A stretch of DNA of 64,000 bases from Brevibacterium luteolum. Lineage in GTDB: Bacteria > Actinomycetota > Actinomycetes > Actinomycetales > Brevibacteriaceae. Made by a program: the position numbers and the translations under genes. Each line of letters starts with the position of its first letter. The first letter of the stretch is position 1. The notes beneath the pieces were generated by a model. The model had not been told where the DNA came from and made no database searches. It saw only the letters and a list, made by a program, of their open reading frames with translations. The stretch is taken from the NCBI RefSeq assembly GCF_013004595.1, contig NZ_JABEMC010000003.1, positions 62,001 to 126,000 on the forward strand, in the 5' to 3' direction. Below, piece by piece: positions 28,040 through 39,145 of the stretch.

Positions 28040-29674
28040 ATGGCGGAACTGACAATTCGTCCGGATGAGATCCGGGACGCCCTGGGGAAGTTCGTTGAGT
28101 CGTACAACCCCGAAGGCGGAGACAAGACTGAGGTCGGAAAGGTCGTCACCGCAGGCGACGGCATCGCCAGCGTGTCCGGACTCCCCGGCACCATGGCCAA
28201 CGAGCTGCTGCGCTTCGAAGACGGCACCCTCGGCCTCGCCCAGAACCTCGACGAGCGCGAGATCGGCGTCGTCATCCTCGGTGAGTTCGCCACCGTTGCC
28301 GAAGAGCAGCCCGTCTACCGCACCGGCGAGGTCCTTTCGATCCCGGTCGGCGACGGCTTCCTCGGCCGTGTCGTCGACCCGCTCGGCCAGCCGATCGACG
28401 GCCTCGGCGACATCGAGTCCGACACCCGCCGGGAGCTCGAGCTCCAGGCTGCCGGCGTCATGGCTCGCCAGGAGGTCCGCGAGCCGCTGCAGACCGGTCT
28501 GAAGGCCATCGACGCGATGATCCCGATCGGTCGCGGTCAGCGCCAGCTCATCATCGGTGACCGTAAGACCGGTAAGACCGCTCTTGCGCTCGACACCATC
28601 ATCAACCAGAAGGCCAACTGGGAGTCCGGCGACCCGAAGAAGCAGGTCCGCTGCATCTACGTCGCCTGTGGTCAGAAGGGCTCGACGATCGCCTCGGTGC
28701 GTCGTTCGCTCGAAGAGGCCGGCGCGATGGAGTACACGACCATCGTCGCTTCGCCCGCCTCGGACCCGGCTGGCTTCAAGTACCTCGCTCCGTACTCCGG
28801 TTCGGCCATCGGTCAGCACTGGATGTACGAGGGCAAGCACGTCCTCATCGTCTTCGACGACCTGTCGAAGCAGGCTGAGGCCTACCGTGCGATCTCGCTG
28901 CTGCTGCGCCGTCCGCCGGGCCGTGAGGCATACCCGGGTGACGTCTTCTACCTCCACTCCCGCCTGCTGGAGCGCTGCGCGAAGCTCTCCGATGAGCTCG
29001 GCGGCGGTTCGATGACCGGTCTGCCGATCATCGAGACGAAGGCCAACGACGTCGGCGCGTTCATCCCAACCAACGTCATCTCGATCACCGACGGCCAGAT
29101 CTTCCTGCAGTCGGACCTGTTCAACTCGAACCAGCGTCCGGCCGTCGACGTCGGCGTGTCCGTCTCCCGTGTGGGTGGCGCCGCCCAGACGAAGGCACTC
29201 AAGGGTGTCTCCGGCACCCTGAAGATCTCGCTGGCCCAGTACCGCTCGCTCGAGGCCTTCGCGATGTTCGCCTCGGACCTCGACGCCGCCACCAAGCGCC
29301 AGCTTGCCCGTGGTGCCCGTCTGATGGAGCTGCTCAAGCAGGGCCAGTTCGATCCGATGCCGTTCGAGAAGCAGACTGTGTCCGTGTGGGCCGGCTCCGA
29401 GGGCTACCTCGACGATGTCCCGGTTGACGATGTGCTGCGCTTCGAGAAGGAGTTCCACGACTACCTCGAGCGCAAGACCGGTGTCCTCGATGCGATCCGC
29501 GTGACGCAGAAGCTCGAAGACGACACTAAGGATGAGCTCACCACTGCCATCAAGGACTTCTCTGACGGCTTCCAGACCTCCGAAGACGGCGGCGTGCATG
29601 TCGGCTCCGAAGAGTTCGACTCCGCTGATGAGGACGAGGTCCAGCAGGAGCAGATCGTCAAGCAGAAGCGCTGA
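28040..29674 (+). CDS. atpA: F0F1 ATP synthase subunit alpha
   Basis: [17 protein letters not shown] and [23 protein letters not shown]. Confidence 0.98.
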   Translation: MAELTIRPDEIRDALGKFVESYNPEGGDKTEVGKVVTAGDGIASVSGLPGTMANELLRFEDGTLGLAQNLDEREIGVVILGEFATVAEEQPVYRTGEVLSIPVGDGFLGRVVDPLGQPIDGLGDIESDTRRELELQAAGVMARQEVREPLQTGLKAIDAMIPIGRGQRQLIIGDRKTGKTALALDTIINQKANWESGDPKKQVRCIYVACGQKGSTIASVRRSLEEAGAMEYTTIVASPASDPAGFKYLAPYSGSAIGQHWMYEGKHVLIVFDDLSKQAEAYRAISLLLRRPPGREAYPGDVFYLHSRLLERCAKLSDELGGGSMTGLPIIETKANDVGAFIPTNVISITDGQIFLQSDLFNSNQRPAVDVGVSVSRVGGAAQTKALKGVSGTLKISLAQYRSLEAFAMFASDLDAATKRQLARGARLMELLKQGQFDPMPFEKQTVSVWAGSEGYLDDVPVDDVLRFEKEFHDYLERKTGVLDAIRVTQKLEDDTKDELTTAIKDFSDGFQTSEDGGVHVGSEEFDSADEDEVQQEQIVKQKR

Positions 29675-29716
29675 GCGCGCTTTGCCCATGACGATCGCTA
29701 GCGAAAGGAAGTACTG

Positions 29717-30679
29717 ATGGGAGCCCAGCAGAGGGTCTTCAAAGCGAAGATCAACTCCACCAAGTCCTTGAGGAAGATCTTCAAGGCCATGGAGCTCATC
29801 GCGGCATCCCGGATTCAGAAGGCCATCGGCCGGGTGAAGGCTGCCAGCCCGTACGCGAACGCACTCACGCGTGCGGTCTCGGCAGTCGCCACCCAGTCCA
29901 ACGTCGATCACACCCTGACGACTGAGCCGGATGAGATCCGGCGCGCAGCCGTCGTGGTGATCGGCCCGGACCGCGGGTTCGCCGGTGCGTACTCGGCCAA
30001 CGTCATCCGCGAGGCCGAAGAGCTCATCCGGCTGCTGACCGAGAACGGCAAGGACGTCCACCTCTACTCGGTGGGCCGCAAGGCCGAGACGTACTACACG
30101 TTCCGCGACCGCGACCTGAAGAAGTCCTGGACCGGATTCTCCGAGTCCCCGCAGGCCGAACACGCCCGCGAGATCGGCGAGGCCCTGCTCGAGGACTTCG
30201 GCACCGCCTTCGAAGAAGACGGCGTCGACGAGATCTTCCTCGTCTACACCCGCTTCAAGTCCAGCGTGACCCAGGAGCCGGAGTACCGGCGCCTGATCCC
30301 GCTGGAGGTCGTCGAAGCCGACGATGCTGTCGAGACCGAGCAGGTTTCGCAGTCCGGCGGCCTGCCCGACCGGGACAAGGCCAAGGCCCATGACGAGGTC
30401 TTCCCGCTGTACGAGTTCGAACCCGGCCCGGCAGAGGTGCTCGACGCACTGCTGCCGCGCTACATCGACTCGCGCATCCTCGCGGCACTGCTCAACGCCG
30501 CTGCCTCCGAGCAGGCGGCACGTCAGCAGGCCATGAAGACCGCGACCGACAACGCGGACGAACTCATCAAGACCTACACCCGGCTGGCCAACACGGCACG
30601 CCAGGCCGAGATCACCCAGGAAATCTCTGAGATCGTCGGCGGTGCGGATTCCCTCGCGGCATCCGGCGCCGACGACTGA
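29717..30679 (+). CDS. atpG: F0F1 ATP synthase subunit gamma
   Basis: [19 protein letters not shown], and [16 protein letters not shown]. Confidence 0.97.
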   Translation: MGAQQRVFKAKINSTKSLRKIFKAMELIAASRIQKAIGRVKAASPYANALTRAVSAVATQSNVDHTLTTEPDEIRRAAVVVIGPDRGFAGAYSANVIREAEELIRLLTENGKDVHLYSVGRKAETYYTFRDRDLKKSWTGFSESPQAEHAREIGEALLEDFGTAFEEDGVDEIFLVYTRFKSSVTQEPEYRRLIPLEVVEADDAVETEQVSQSGGLPDRDKAKAHDEVFPLYEFEPGPAEVLDALLPRYIDSRILAALLNAAASEQAARQQAMKTATDNADELIKTYTRLANTARQAEITQEISEIVGGADSLAASGADD

Positions 30680-30711
30680 TCGGCCACAGAAGAGAGCAGA
30701 AGAGAAAGTAG

Positions 30712-32169
<1,458 letters not shown>

Positions 32170-32175
32170 TCCCTC

Positions 32176-32433
32176 ATGAGCCTGAATGTCACCGTCGTGG
32201 CCGCCGACCGGAGCATCTGGTCCGGTGAGGCCAAGCGCGTCGTCGCTCGTACGACCGAAGGTGAGATCGGCATCCTGACCGGCCACGAGCCCGTTCTGGC
32301 GATCGTGGCCGGCGGGGAGGTGCGCATTGTGACGGCTGACGACCAGACCGTCCGGGCGCAGGCCGACGGCGGCTTCCTGTCCGTCGAGAACGACAGGGTG
32401 AACATCGTCGCCGACCAGGCCGAGCTCGTCTGA
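32176..32433 (+). CDS. atpC: F0F1 ATP synthase subunit epsilon (beta-sandwich domain only)
   Basis: GEIGILTGHEP and GGFLSV; 85 aa. Confidence 0.93.
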   Translation: MSLNVTVVAADRSIWSGEAKRVVARTTEGEIGILTGHEPVLAIVAGGEVRIVTADDQTVRAQADGGFLSVENDRVNIVADQAELV

Positions 32434-32455
32434 AACATCGCATACACTGGTCAAC

Positions 32456-32920
32456 GTGAACCCATCGACCCTGCTGATCATTCTGCTCTCGTTGGTAGGG
32501 CTGGCCGTGGTCCTTGTCGTGCTGTTCCTGGTGCGACGACGGGCGATCACGAAGCTTCAGGGCGCGTTCGACTGTTCTATCAGCGTGGGCGAGGATACTC
32601 CTCGCCCACGCTGGCGTTTGGGTGTGGCGGTCTTCACGATCAGCTCGCTCGACTGGTACCCGATCTTCAGCCTCACCCGGTCACCGGCGATGAATCTGCC
32701 GCGGCAGGACATGGAGATCGTCCGGCGCGAAGAGCCGGATTCCGCTGAGCGCTATGCCGTCATGCCCGGCGCTGTCATCGTCACGGCTGCCTACGGCACC
32801 GCAGACGGCTCATCCCATCAGACCCGGCTGGCCCTCGACTACGAGGCGCTGGCCGCTTTGGCCTCCTGGCTCGAATCAGCGCCACCGGGCTACAACCGCA
32901 CCGTCGGCCGTTTCACCTAG
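32456..32920 (+). CDS. DUF2550-family membrane protein
   Basis: N-terminal TM segment, GAFDCS, WRLG, and SWLESAPPG; usual position after atpC. Confidence 0.8.
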   Translation: MNPSTLLIILLSLVGLAVVLVVLFLVRRRAITKLQGAFDCSISVGEDTPRPRWRLGVAVFTISSLDWYPIFSLTRSPAMNLPRQDMEIVRREEPDSAERYAVMPGAVIVTAAYGTADGSSHQTRLALDYEALAALASWLESAPPGYNRTVGRFT

Positions 32921-33010
32921 GCGGCCTTGACGTCCTAGACTGATATGTCCTGTGGGGCTGCGCTCCGCAGGACACTTTTCTGCCAGCGCATCATTCGCCC
33001 GAGGAGGACC

Positions 33011-34375
33011 ATGCCCATGGAGATCCTGTCCGTCAACGGACCGCACCGGCTCACCGGTGACGTGACCGTGCGCGGGGCGAAGAACAGTATCCTCAAGCTC
33101 ATGGCCGCCACGCTCCTGGCCCCGGGCCGCTCGGTGATCTCGAACGTGCCGCGCATCCTCGATGTGTCGATCATGACCGAACTGCTGCGCCGCCTCGGCT
33201 GCGAGATCGACTACGACCCCGAGGCCGGGGTCATCGACATCGATGTGCCGGAGGAGCCGGGCATCCAGGCCGACTACGAACTCGTGCGCGCCATGCGCGC
33301 CTCGATCTGCGTGCTCGGCCCGCTGACCGGGCGGATGCGCGCCGCCCACGTCGCGATGCCCGGTGGTGACGCCATCGGCTCGCGCGGACTCGACATGCAT
33401 CAGGCCGGGCTCGAGGCGATGGGCGCGAGCGCACACCTCGACCACGGCTACTTCATCGCCGAGGCCCCAGACGGGCTGACCGGCGCCGAGATCCACCTGC
33501 CCTTCCCGTCGGTGGGTGCGACCGAGAACCTCCTCATGGCCGCCACGCTGGCCGATGGCACCACGATCATCGACAACGCCGCCAAAGAACCGGAGATCAT
33601 CGACATCTGCCTCATGCTCCAGGCGATGGGTGCGCAGATCTCCGGCATCGGCACCAAAACGCTGACAATCGAAGGCGTTGATCGCCTGCACCCGGTGAAG
33701 CACCGCGTCGTCGGCGACCGTATCGTCGCCGGCTCCTGGGCGTTTGCCGCAGCGATCACCGGTGGGGACATCACCGTGCGCGGCATCGACCCGCAGCTGC
33801 TGCCGCACGTCTTCGAGCACCTGCGCGCCGCCGGCGCCGAGGTGTCGGTCCTGTCCGGCAGCGCGGACACAGAGGGACTCGTCGCCGGAATCGCAGCAGC
33901 CAACGAGCACGGTGCCCAGGACATGGGCTTTCGGGTCATCGGGCCGCAGCGTCCGCACAGCATTCGCGTTGCCACCCTGCCGTTCCCCGGCTTCCCGACC
34001 GACCTGCAGCCCTTCGCCGTGGCCCTCAACGCGATCGCCGACGGAGTCGGGCTGCTGACCGAGAACCTCTTCGAGGCCCGCTGGCGCTTCGTCCACGAGC
34101 TCGCACGTCTCGGCGCTGAGATCACCATCGACGGCAACCATGCACTCGTCACCGGTGTCGATTCGCTCTCCGGCGCCGAGGTGGAGGCCTCTGACATCCG
34201 CGCCGGTGCCGCGCTCGTCATCGCCGGTCTGGCAGCCGAGGGCCGCACCGAGGTCTCCGAGGTCGATCACATCGACCGCGGCTATGAGGGATTCGTCGAG
34301 CAGCTCCAGTCACTGGGTGCAGATGTGCAGCGGGTGGACAAGCCCGAGCCCCTCGACATCGACTCCCTGGCCTGA
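33011..34375 (+). CDS. murA: UDP-N-acetylglucosamine 1-carboxyvinyltransferase
   Basis: [37 protein letters not shown], and [17 protein letters not shown]. Confidence 0.96.
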   Translation: MPMEILSVNGPHRLTGDVTVRGAKNSILKLMAATLLAPGRSVISNVPRILDVSIMTELLRRLGCEIDYDPEAGVIDIDVPEEPGIQADYELVRAMRASICVLGPLTGRMRAAHVAMPGGDAIGSRGLDMHQAGLEAMGASAHLDHGYFIAEAPDGLTGAEIHLPFPSVGATENLLMAATLADGTTIIDNAAKEPEIIDICLMLQAMGAQISGIGTKTLTIEGVDRLHPVKHRVVGDRIVAGSWAFAAAITGGDITVRGIDPQLLPHVFEHLRAAGAEVSVLSGSADTEGLVAGIAAANEHGAQDMGFRVIGPQRPHSIRVATLPFPGFPTDLQPFAVALNAIADGVGLLTENLFEARWRFVHELARLGAEITIDGNHALVTGVDSLSGAEVEASDIRAGAALVIAGLAAEGRTEVSEVDHIDRGYEGFVEQLQSLGADVQRVDKPEPLDIDSLA

Positions 34376-34442
34376 GCGTCCGCCGTCAGCGTCACCCCGG
34401 CAGGGGAGAGCAGCGCTGCAGGGGAGCGGTGCTGCGCCTGAC

Positions 34443-35138
34443 TCAGAACAGCCGTGAGTCGGGGTCATCCATCCCGCGCAGCGCATCGTAATCAAGGACC
34501 ACGCAGCGGATTCCGCGGTCTTCGGCCAGCGTGCGCGCCTGCGGTTTGATCTCCTGGGCGGCGAACACGCCGGTGACCGGGGCGAGGAGCGGATCGCGAT
34601 TCATGAGCTCCAGATAGCGGGTGAGCTGCTCGACACCGTCGATCTCCCCGCGGCGCTTGATCTCGACAGCCACGGAGGCACCGTCATCGTCCTTGGCGAG
34701 GATGTCGACCGGACCGATGGCGGTCATGTACTCCCGGCGGACGGTCGAGTAGCCCGAGCCAAGGGTCTCGATGTGCTCGGCAAGCAGCTCCTGCAGGTGC
34801 GACTCGACGCCGTCCTTGACCAGCCCGGGATCGACACCGAGGTCGGCTGAGATCTCATCGCGGATCTCTGCGATGCTGATGATGAGGTGATCGCCGGTCT
34901 TCTGGTGGGTGACGGTCCAGATCTCGGTGATGCCGTGCTCGGCCTGCTCGTCGCTGGGCTCACTGATCGTCGTCGTGCACGGCGGGCTCATCCAGTTGAG
35001 AGGCTTGTAGGAGCCGCCGTCGGAATGGACGAGGACGCTGCCATCGGCCTTGAGCATGAGCACCCGGTCTGCCATCGGCAGGTGAGCCGTCAGCCGGCCG
35101 GCATAGTCGACACTGCACTTCGCGATCACTAAACGCAC
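34443..35138 (-). CDS. nucS: Mismatch-specific endonuclease NucS/EndoMS
   Basis: [34 protein letters not shown], and EQLTRY. Confidence 0.95.
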   Translation of the reverse strand: MRLVIAKCSVDYAGRLTAHLPMADRVLMLKADGSVLVHSDGGSYKPLNWMSPPCTTTISEPSDEQAEHGITEIWTVTHQKTGDHLIISIAEIRDEISADLGVDPGLVKDGVESHLQELLAEHIETLGSGYSTVRREYMTAIGPVDILAKDDDGASVAVEIKRRGEIDGVEQLTRYLELMNRDPLLAPVTGVFAAQEIKPQARTLAEDRGIRCVVLDYDALRGMDDPDSRLF

Positions 35139-35167
35139 GGCATTACTGTACGTGAGACAATGACGCC

Positions 35168-35470
35168 ATGCCACGTTCGTCGTCTTCGCGCCGCGCAAAC
35201 AAGTGGGCCCGGCCGCACCGCGAGCTGGGTGCGAGCCTGAATTCCGTGCCCCGGGCCACCGAGGGACCTGACGGCACATGGGTCGTCCAGCAGGTGCGCG
35301 GCAGCAGCTCCGGCAAGGTCTACACGTGCCCCGGCTGCCGGCAGGACCTGCCGGCCCGCATTGATCACATCGTCGCCTGGCGCTCCGAAGAGGAGTTCGG
35401 CTTCAACACCGGAGTCGGTGCCCGCCGCCACTGGCACAAGGCCTGCTTCCGCAGCCGCCCGCCGCGCTGA
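35168..35470 (+). CDS. Conserved actinobacterial small protein (CPGC...H..C), divergent from nucS
   Basis: [12 protein letters not shown], and RRHWHKACF. Confidence 0.75.
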   Translation: MPRSSSSRRANKWARPHRELGASLNSVPRATEGPDGTWVVQQVRGSSSGKVYTCPGCRQDLPARIDHIVAWRSEEEFGFNTGVGARRHWHKACFRSRPPR

Positions 35471-35496
35471 ACGACTCGGCACCTGAGCGCAAGACA

Positions 35497-35531
35497 AAGG
35501 CGGGGACTCCCATTCGGAAGCCCCCGCCTTC
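35497..35531. terminator. Hairpin between convergent genes
   Basis: AAGGCGGGG..TCC / GGA..CCCCGCCTT imperfect inverted repeat. Confidence 0.55.
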
Positions 35532-35547
35532 AGTTGTCGGTGTGTGC

Positions 35548-37128
35548 TCAGCGCAGACGGTTCGAGTTCTGCGACTTGCGGTTGAGCGAACCGCGGTTGC
35601 CGCTGCCGGTAGCCGTCGAACCTGACTGGCCGCCTGACTTCGAGGCGTTCGACTGCTGGCCTGCATTCGCCTTCGCGCCGCCCTGAGCGGGCTTGGCACC
35701 GGGCTTCTTGGCGCCGGTCTGTGATCCGCCGGACGAACCGTCAGGACGGGTCTTCATCTCCTGCGTCTCGTCCTCGCCGACGACCTCGGCGTCTTCGATG
35801 TCCTCGCCATCGCCATCGGCGGAGGCGCTGTCACCATCAGAGGCCTTCTGATCCTTCGCAGACGCGGTCGACGCATCGCCCTTGGCGTCCTCAGCGGCAG
35901 TGAGCTCGGCGAGCTCATCATCGGAGGCGATCTTCTCCGTCGGCAGCGCGGCAGCGGCCTCCTGGTCGGACTTGTCCTCGGTGAAATCGACATCGTCGAA
36001 CAGGCCGGGTGCTGCGAACATCGACCGCAGCTGCTCGAGCTGGGCGGTGATCGTCCGGCGCTGCTTGGTCAGCAGATCGACCTGCGCCTGAGCGGAGGAG
36101 ACGTTGCGCTTGGCCTCAGCAGCCGACTCCTCGATCGTCGCCTCGGCAGTCGAACGCGCCTCGGAGATGAGATCCTGGGCGCGCTTGCGACCATCAGCGA
36201 TGATCTTGTCGGCCTTCTCGACCGCTTCCTTGCGGGTGCGCTCGGCACGCTCGGCAGCGGCCTTCGCATCGTCGTCGGCCTTCTTCGCCCGGGCCTGGGC
36301 TTCCTCGGTCAGCTTCTTGTGCTCGGCAGCAGCGGTGTCGAAGCGCTCCTTCTCAGCCGTTTCGGCCTTCTGGCGCTTATCGGCCAGCTCCACGTCGAGC
36401 TCATCGGCAGCCTTGCGGATCTCCTCATCCTTAGCCTTGGCGGCAGCGAGGATCTCGTCGGCTTCCTTCTTGGCCTTCGCCCGGATGTCAGCGGCATCCT
36501 TCTCTGCGTCGGCCCGCAACTGAGCGATCTCGCGCTTGAGCGACTCACGCGACTCCTCGGCTTCGGTGGAGGCGGTCGAGGCCAGTTGCTCGGCTTCGCG
36601 CTCGGCCGCGGTCTGGATCTCCTCGGCGCGGGTCTCAGCAGCCTGGATCGTCTCCTCGGCGCGCAGCTCGGCAGCCGAGCTGATCGCCTCGGCCTCGGAG
36701 CGGGCGTTGTTGAGGGTGTCGTTGCTCTCGGTGTGCATGCGGGCGCGCTGGCTGGCGGCATCGGCACGCGCCTTGTTGCGGATCGTCTCGGCATCGGCGG
36801 TGGCCTGGGCGAGGGTTTCGCGGGCCTGCGACTCGGCGATCTTGAGCAGGTGGTCGATCCGGGAGCCGGGAGGGCCAGCCGCCTCTGCTTTGTCGCTGGC
36901 GGCATCCTTGAGCTGCTGCTTCGCCTCGGAAAGCTCTCCGGCGATCTGCAGCTTCGCCCGGTCAGCGCTGATGACCTGAGACCGCGCATCGGACAGGGCC
37001 TTGCGCAGGGATTCGATCTCGGTCCGCAGCTGGCCGATGCGCGCATCGACTTCGTTCTTCTCGTAACCGCGCATCGCGGTCCGGAACTCTTCGGGAGGCG
37101 TCACAGTCTTCGACTCCGTTTCATTCAT
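35548..37128 (-). CDS. FilP/DivIVA-domain long coiled-coil cytoskeletal protein
   Basis: N-terminal FRTAMRGYEKNEVD, GSRIDHLLKIAE, an A/E/K-rich rod, rod-end motif LTKQRRTITAQLEQLR, and a disordered tail. Confidence 0.75.
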   Translation of the reverse strand: MNETESKTVTPPEEFRTAMRGYEKNEVDARIGQLRTEIESLRKALSDARSQVISADRAKLQIAGELSEAKQQLKDAASDKAEAAGPPGSRIDHLLKIAESQARETLAQATADAETIRNKARADAASQRARMHTESNDTLNNARSEAEAISSAAELRAEETIQAAETRAEEIQTAAEREAEQLASTASTEAEESRESLKREIAQLRADAEKDAADIRAKAKKEADEILAAAKAKDEEIRKAADELDVELADKRQKAETAEKERFDTAAAEHKKLTEEAQARAKKADDDAKAAAERAERTRKEAVEKADKIIADGRKRAQDLISEARSTAEATIEESAAEAKRNVSSAQAQVDLLTKQRRTITAQLEQLRSMFAAPGLFDDVDFTEDKSDQEAAAALPTEKIASDDELAELTAAEDAKGDASTASAKDQKASDGDSASADGDGEDIEDAEVVGEDETQEMKTRPDGSSGGSQTGAKKPGAKPAQGGAKANAGQQSNASKSGGQSGSTATGSGNRGSLNRKSQNSNRLR

Positions 37129-37361
37129 TGCGTGGGAATTTCGGGGGCTCACCATCCCACTCTACTCGTCGCGCGCGCCAACATCCGCCCGATGCCGCCA
37201 TCTGAGCGGTGCAGGTCACACCACTGAGGGAATTCACAGCCGGCAACCCGGAATTCTCAGCAGTTGGGCCCTCGACTAGGCTGGGATCTGTATCACTACG
37301 TGTGGACTGCGGAGCCGTGCACAGGACTGCCAGGACGGCCGCATCCGTCGAAGGAGGAATC

Positions 37362-38549
37362 ATGACCGAAGCTGTGATCGTTGCCGGTTCGCGCACCCCG
37401 TTGGGACGCATGAGCGGAGCCCTCGGATCGCTGAGCGCAATGGATCTCGGCGCCGAGGCGATCTCCGGGGCGCTCGACCGCGCCGGCGTCAAGCCCGAGG
37501 CCGTCGAGTACGTCATCATGGGTCAGGTCCTGCAGGCCGGCTGTGGTCAGGGACCGGCACGCCAGGCCGCCGCCAAGGCCGGCATCCCGATGTCGGTGCC
37601 GGCCATCACCATCAACAAGCTGTGCCTCTCCGGCCTCAACGCCATCACCCAGGCCGCCATGCTCGTGCGCGCCGGTGAGTACGAAGTCGTCGTCGCCGGC
37701 GGCCAGGAGTCGATGACCAACGCCCCGCACATGCTGGAGAAGTCCCGTGCCGGCTACAAGTACGGCACCGTCAAGGTCCGCGACCACATGGACTACGACG
37801 GACTGTGGGACGCCTTCACCGACCAGGCCATGGGCGGTCTGACCGAGGCCGCGAACAAGGGCGAGCGCGAGTTCAGCCGCGAACAGCAGGACGCCTTCGC
37901 CGCCCAGTCCCACCAGCGTGCAGCCGCTGCCTGGGACGCTGGTCGCTTCGACGACGAGGTCACCCCGGTGACGATCAAGACGCGCAAGGGCGAGACCACG
38001 GTCGACCGCGATGAGGGCGTGCGCCCGGACTCGACGGCTGAGTCAATGGCCAAGCTGCGCCCGGCCTTCAGCAAGGAAGGCACCATCACCGCCGGCAACG
38101 CCTCGCAGATCTCCGACGGCGCCTGCGCTGTCGTCGTCATGTCCAAGGAGCGCGCCGAGCGCGAAGGCCTGGAGATCCTCGCCGAGATCCGCGCCCACGC
38201 CTGGACCGCGGGCCCCGACTCGACCCTGCAGCACCAGCCCAGCCAGGCGATCAAGGTCGCTGCCGAACGCGAGGGCATCCCGGCTGACGGCTTCGACCTC
38301 TACGAGATCAACGAGGCCTTCGCCGCTGTCGGCCTGGCCAGCGCCAAGGATCTGGGCATCAGCGAGGACAAGGTCAACGTCAACGGCGGCGCCGTCGCCC
38401 TCGGCCACCCGATCGGCGCTTCCGGTGCACGCGTGGCGCTCACACTGGCGCTTGAGCTCAAACGCCGCGGCGGCGGCACCGGTGTCGCAGCCCTGTGCGG
38501 TGGCGGGGGACAGGGCGATGCCCTCGTGCTCTCCGTGCCGAAGAACTGA
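37362..38549 (+). CDS. Acetyl-CoA C-acetyltransferase (thiolase)
   Basis: [30 protein letters not shown], and LCGGGGQG. Confidence 0.95.
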   Translation: MTEAVIVAGSRTPLGRMSGALGSLSAMDLGAEAISGALDRAGVKPEAVEYVIMGQVLQAGCGQGPARQAAAKAGIPMSVPAITINKLCLSGLNAITQAAMLVRAGEYEVVVAGGQESMTNAPHMLEKSRAGYKYGTVKVRDHMDYDGLWDAFTDQAMGGLTEAANKGEREFSREQQDAFAAQSHQRAAAAWDAGRFDDEVTPVTIKTRKGETTVDRDEGVRPDSTAESMAKLRPAFSKEGTITAGNASQISDGACAVVVMSKERAEREGLEILAEIRAHAWTAGPDSTLQHQPSQAIKVAAEREGIPADGFDLYEINEAFAAVGLASAKDLGISEDKVNVNGGAVALGHPIGASGARVALTLALELKRRGGGTGVAALCGGGGQGDALVLSVPKN

Positions 38550-38575
38550 TCAGCTGAAATCTGAAGGAGGACCAC

Positions 38576-38878
38576 ATGCTTGTCGCATTCTCCGTCGCCC
38601 CGACAGGAGACGCCGAGACCGGTTCGATGCACGAGGCCGTCGCCGCTGCGGTGAAGGTCGTGCGCGACTCGGGCCTGCCCAACCGCACCGACTCGATGTT
38701 CACCACCATCGAAGGCGAGTGGGATGAGGTGTTCGACGTCGTCAAGCGTGCCACCGACGCCGTGGCCGCCTACGGCCCGCGCGTCTCACTCGTGCTCAAG
38801 GCCGACATCCGGCCCGGGCACACCGGTGAGCTGACCGGCAAGCTCGAGCGCCTCGAAAAGGCCCTCGACTCCGAGTGA
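38576..38878 (+). CDS. MTH1187/YqgV thiamine-binding family protein
   Basis: [19 protein letters not shown], and [12 protein letters not shown]. Confidence 0.85.
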   Translation: MLVAFSVAPTGDAETGSMHEAVAAAVKVVRDSGLPNRTDSMFTTIEGEWDEVFDVVKRATDAVAAYGPRVSLVLKADIRPGHTGELTGKLERLEKALDSE

Positions 38879-38905
38879 GGCGCCACCGCCTCGGGAGCGG
38901 ACACA

Positions 38906-38950
38906 GCAGGGGCCCGGCACCAGTGCTCACCACTGGTGCCGGGCCCCTGC
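38906..38950. terminator. Bidirectional terminator hairpin
   Basis: GCAGGGGCCCGGCACCAGTG-ctcac-CACTGGTGCCGGGCCCCTGC is a perfect 20-bp stem between the CDS and the convergent tRNA. Confidence 0.8.
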
Positions 38951-38958
38951 GGACTCTG

Positions 38959-39031
38959 CGCCCCCAGCAGGAATCGAACCCGCATCTTCCGGGTAGAAAC
39001 CGGACGTCGTGATCCTTTGGACCATGGAGGC
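38959..39031 (-). tRNA. tRNA-Arg(UCU), atypical body
   Basis: The reverse complement GCCTCCA-TG-GTCCAAAGGATCACGAC-G-TCCGG-TTTCTAC-CCGGA-AGAT-GCGGG-TTCGATT-CCTGC-TGGGGGC-G folds as a cloverleaf. A TAAGAT -10 box lies upstream. Confidence 0.88.
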
Positions 39032-39145
39032 ACTGGACATCTTAGCGCCTGCGCGCCCACCCTGCCCGCCGGGGGCCGGCGGCCAACTGCGGCAGCTGCG
39101 GCGTGGTGAGTGGTGTCAGCCTGGGAAAACCGAGAGAGTAGGAAC

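Noticed and set aside
28019..30391. 790-aa antisense ORF, and similar ones at 30574-32550, 43123-45633, 55643-57691 and 58490-60121
   Set aside because: These are shadow frames opposite well-conserved genes. Stop-free antisense frames are expected with high-GC codon bias, and they show no recognisable motifs.
38988..39004. CTA inside the tRNA anticodon loop, suggesting an amber suppressor or Pyl tRNA
   Set aside because: The perfect TCCGG/CCGGA stem fixes a 7-nt loop TTTCTAC with TCT central. A CTA register would break the stem, and Arg identity elements are present.
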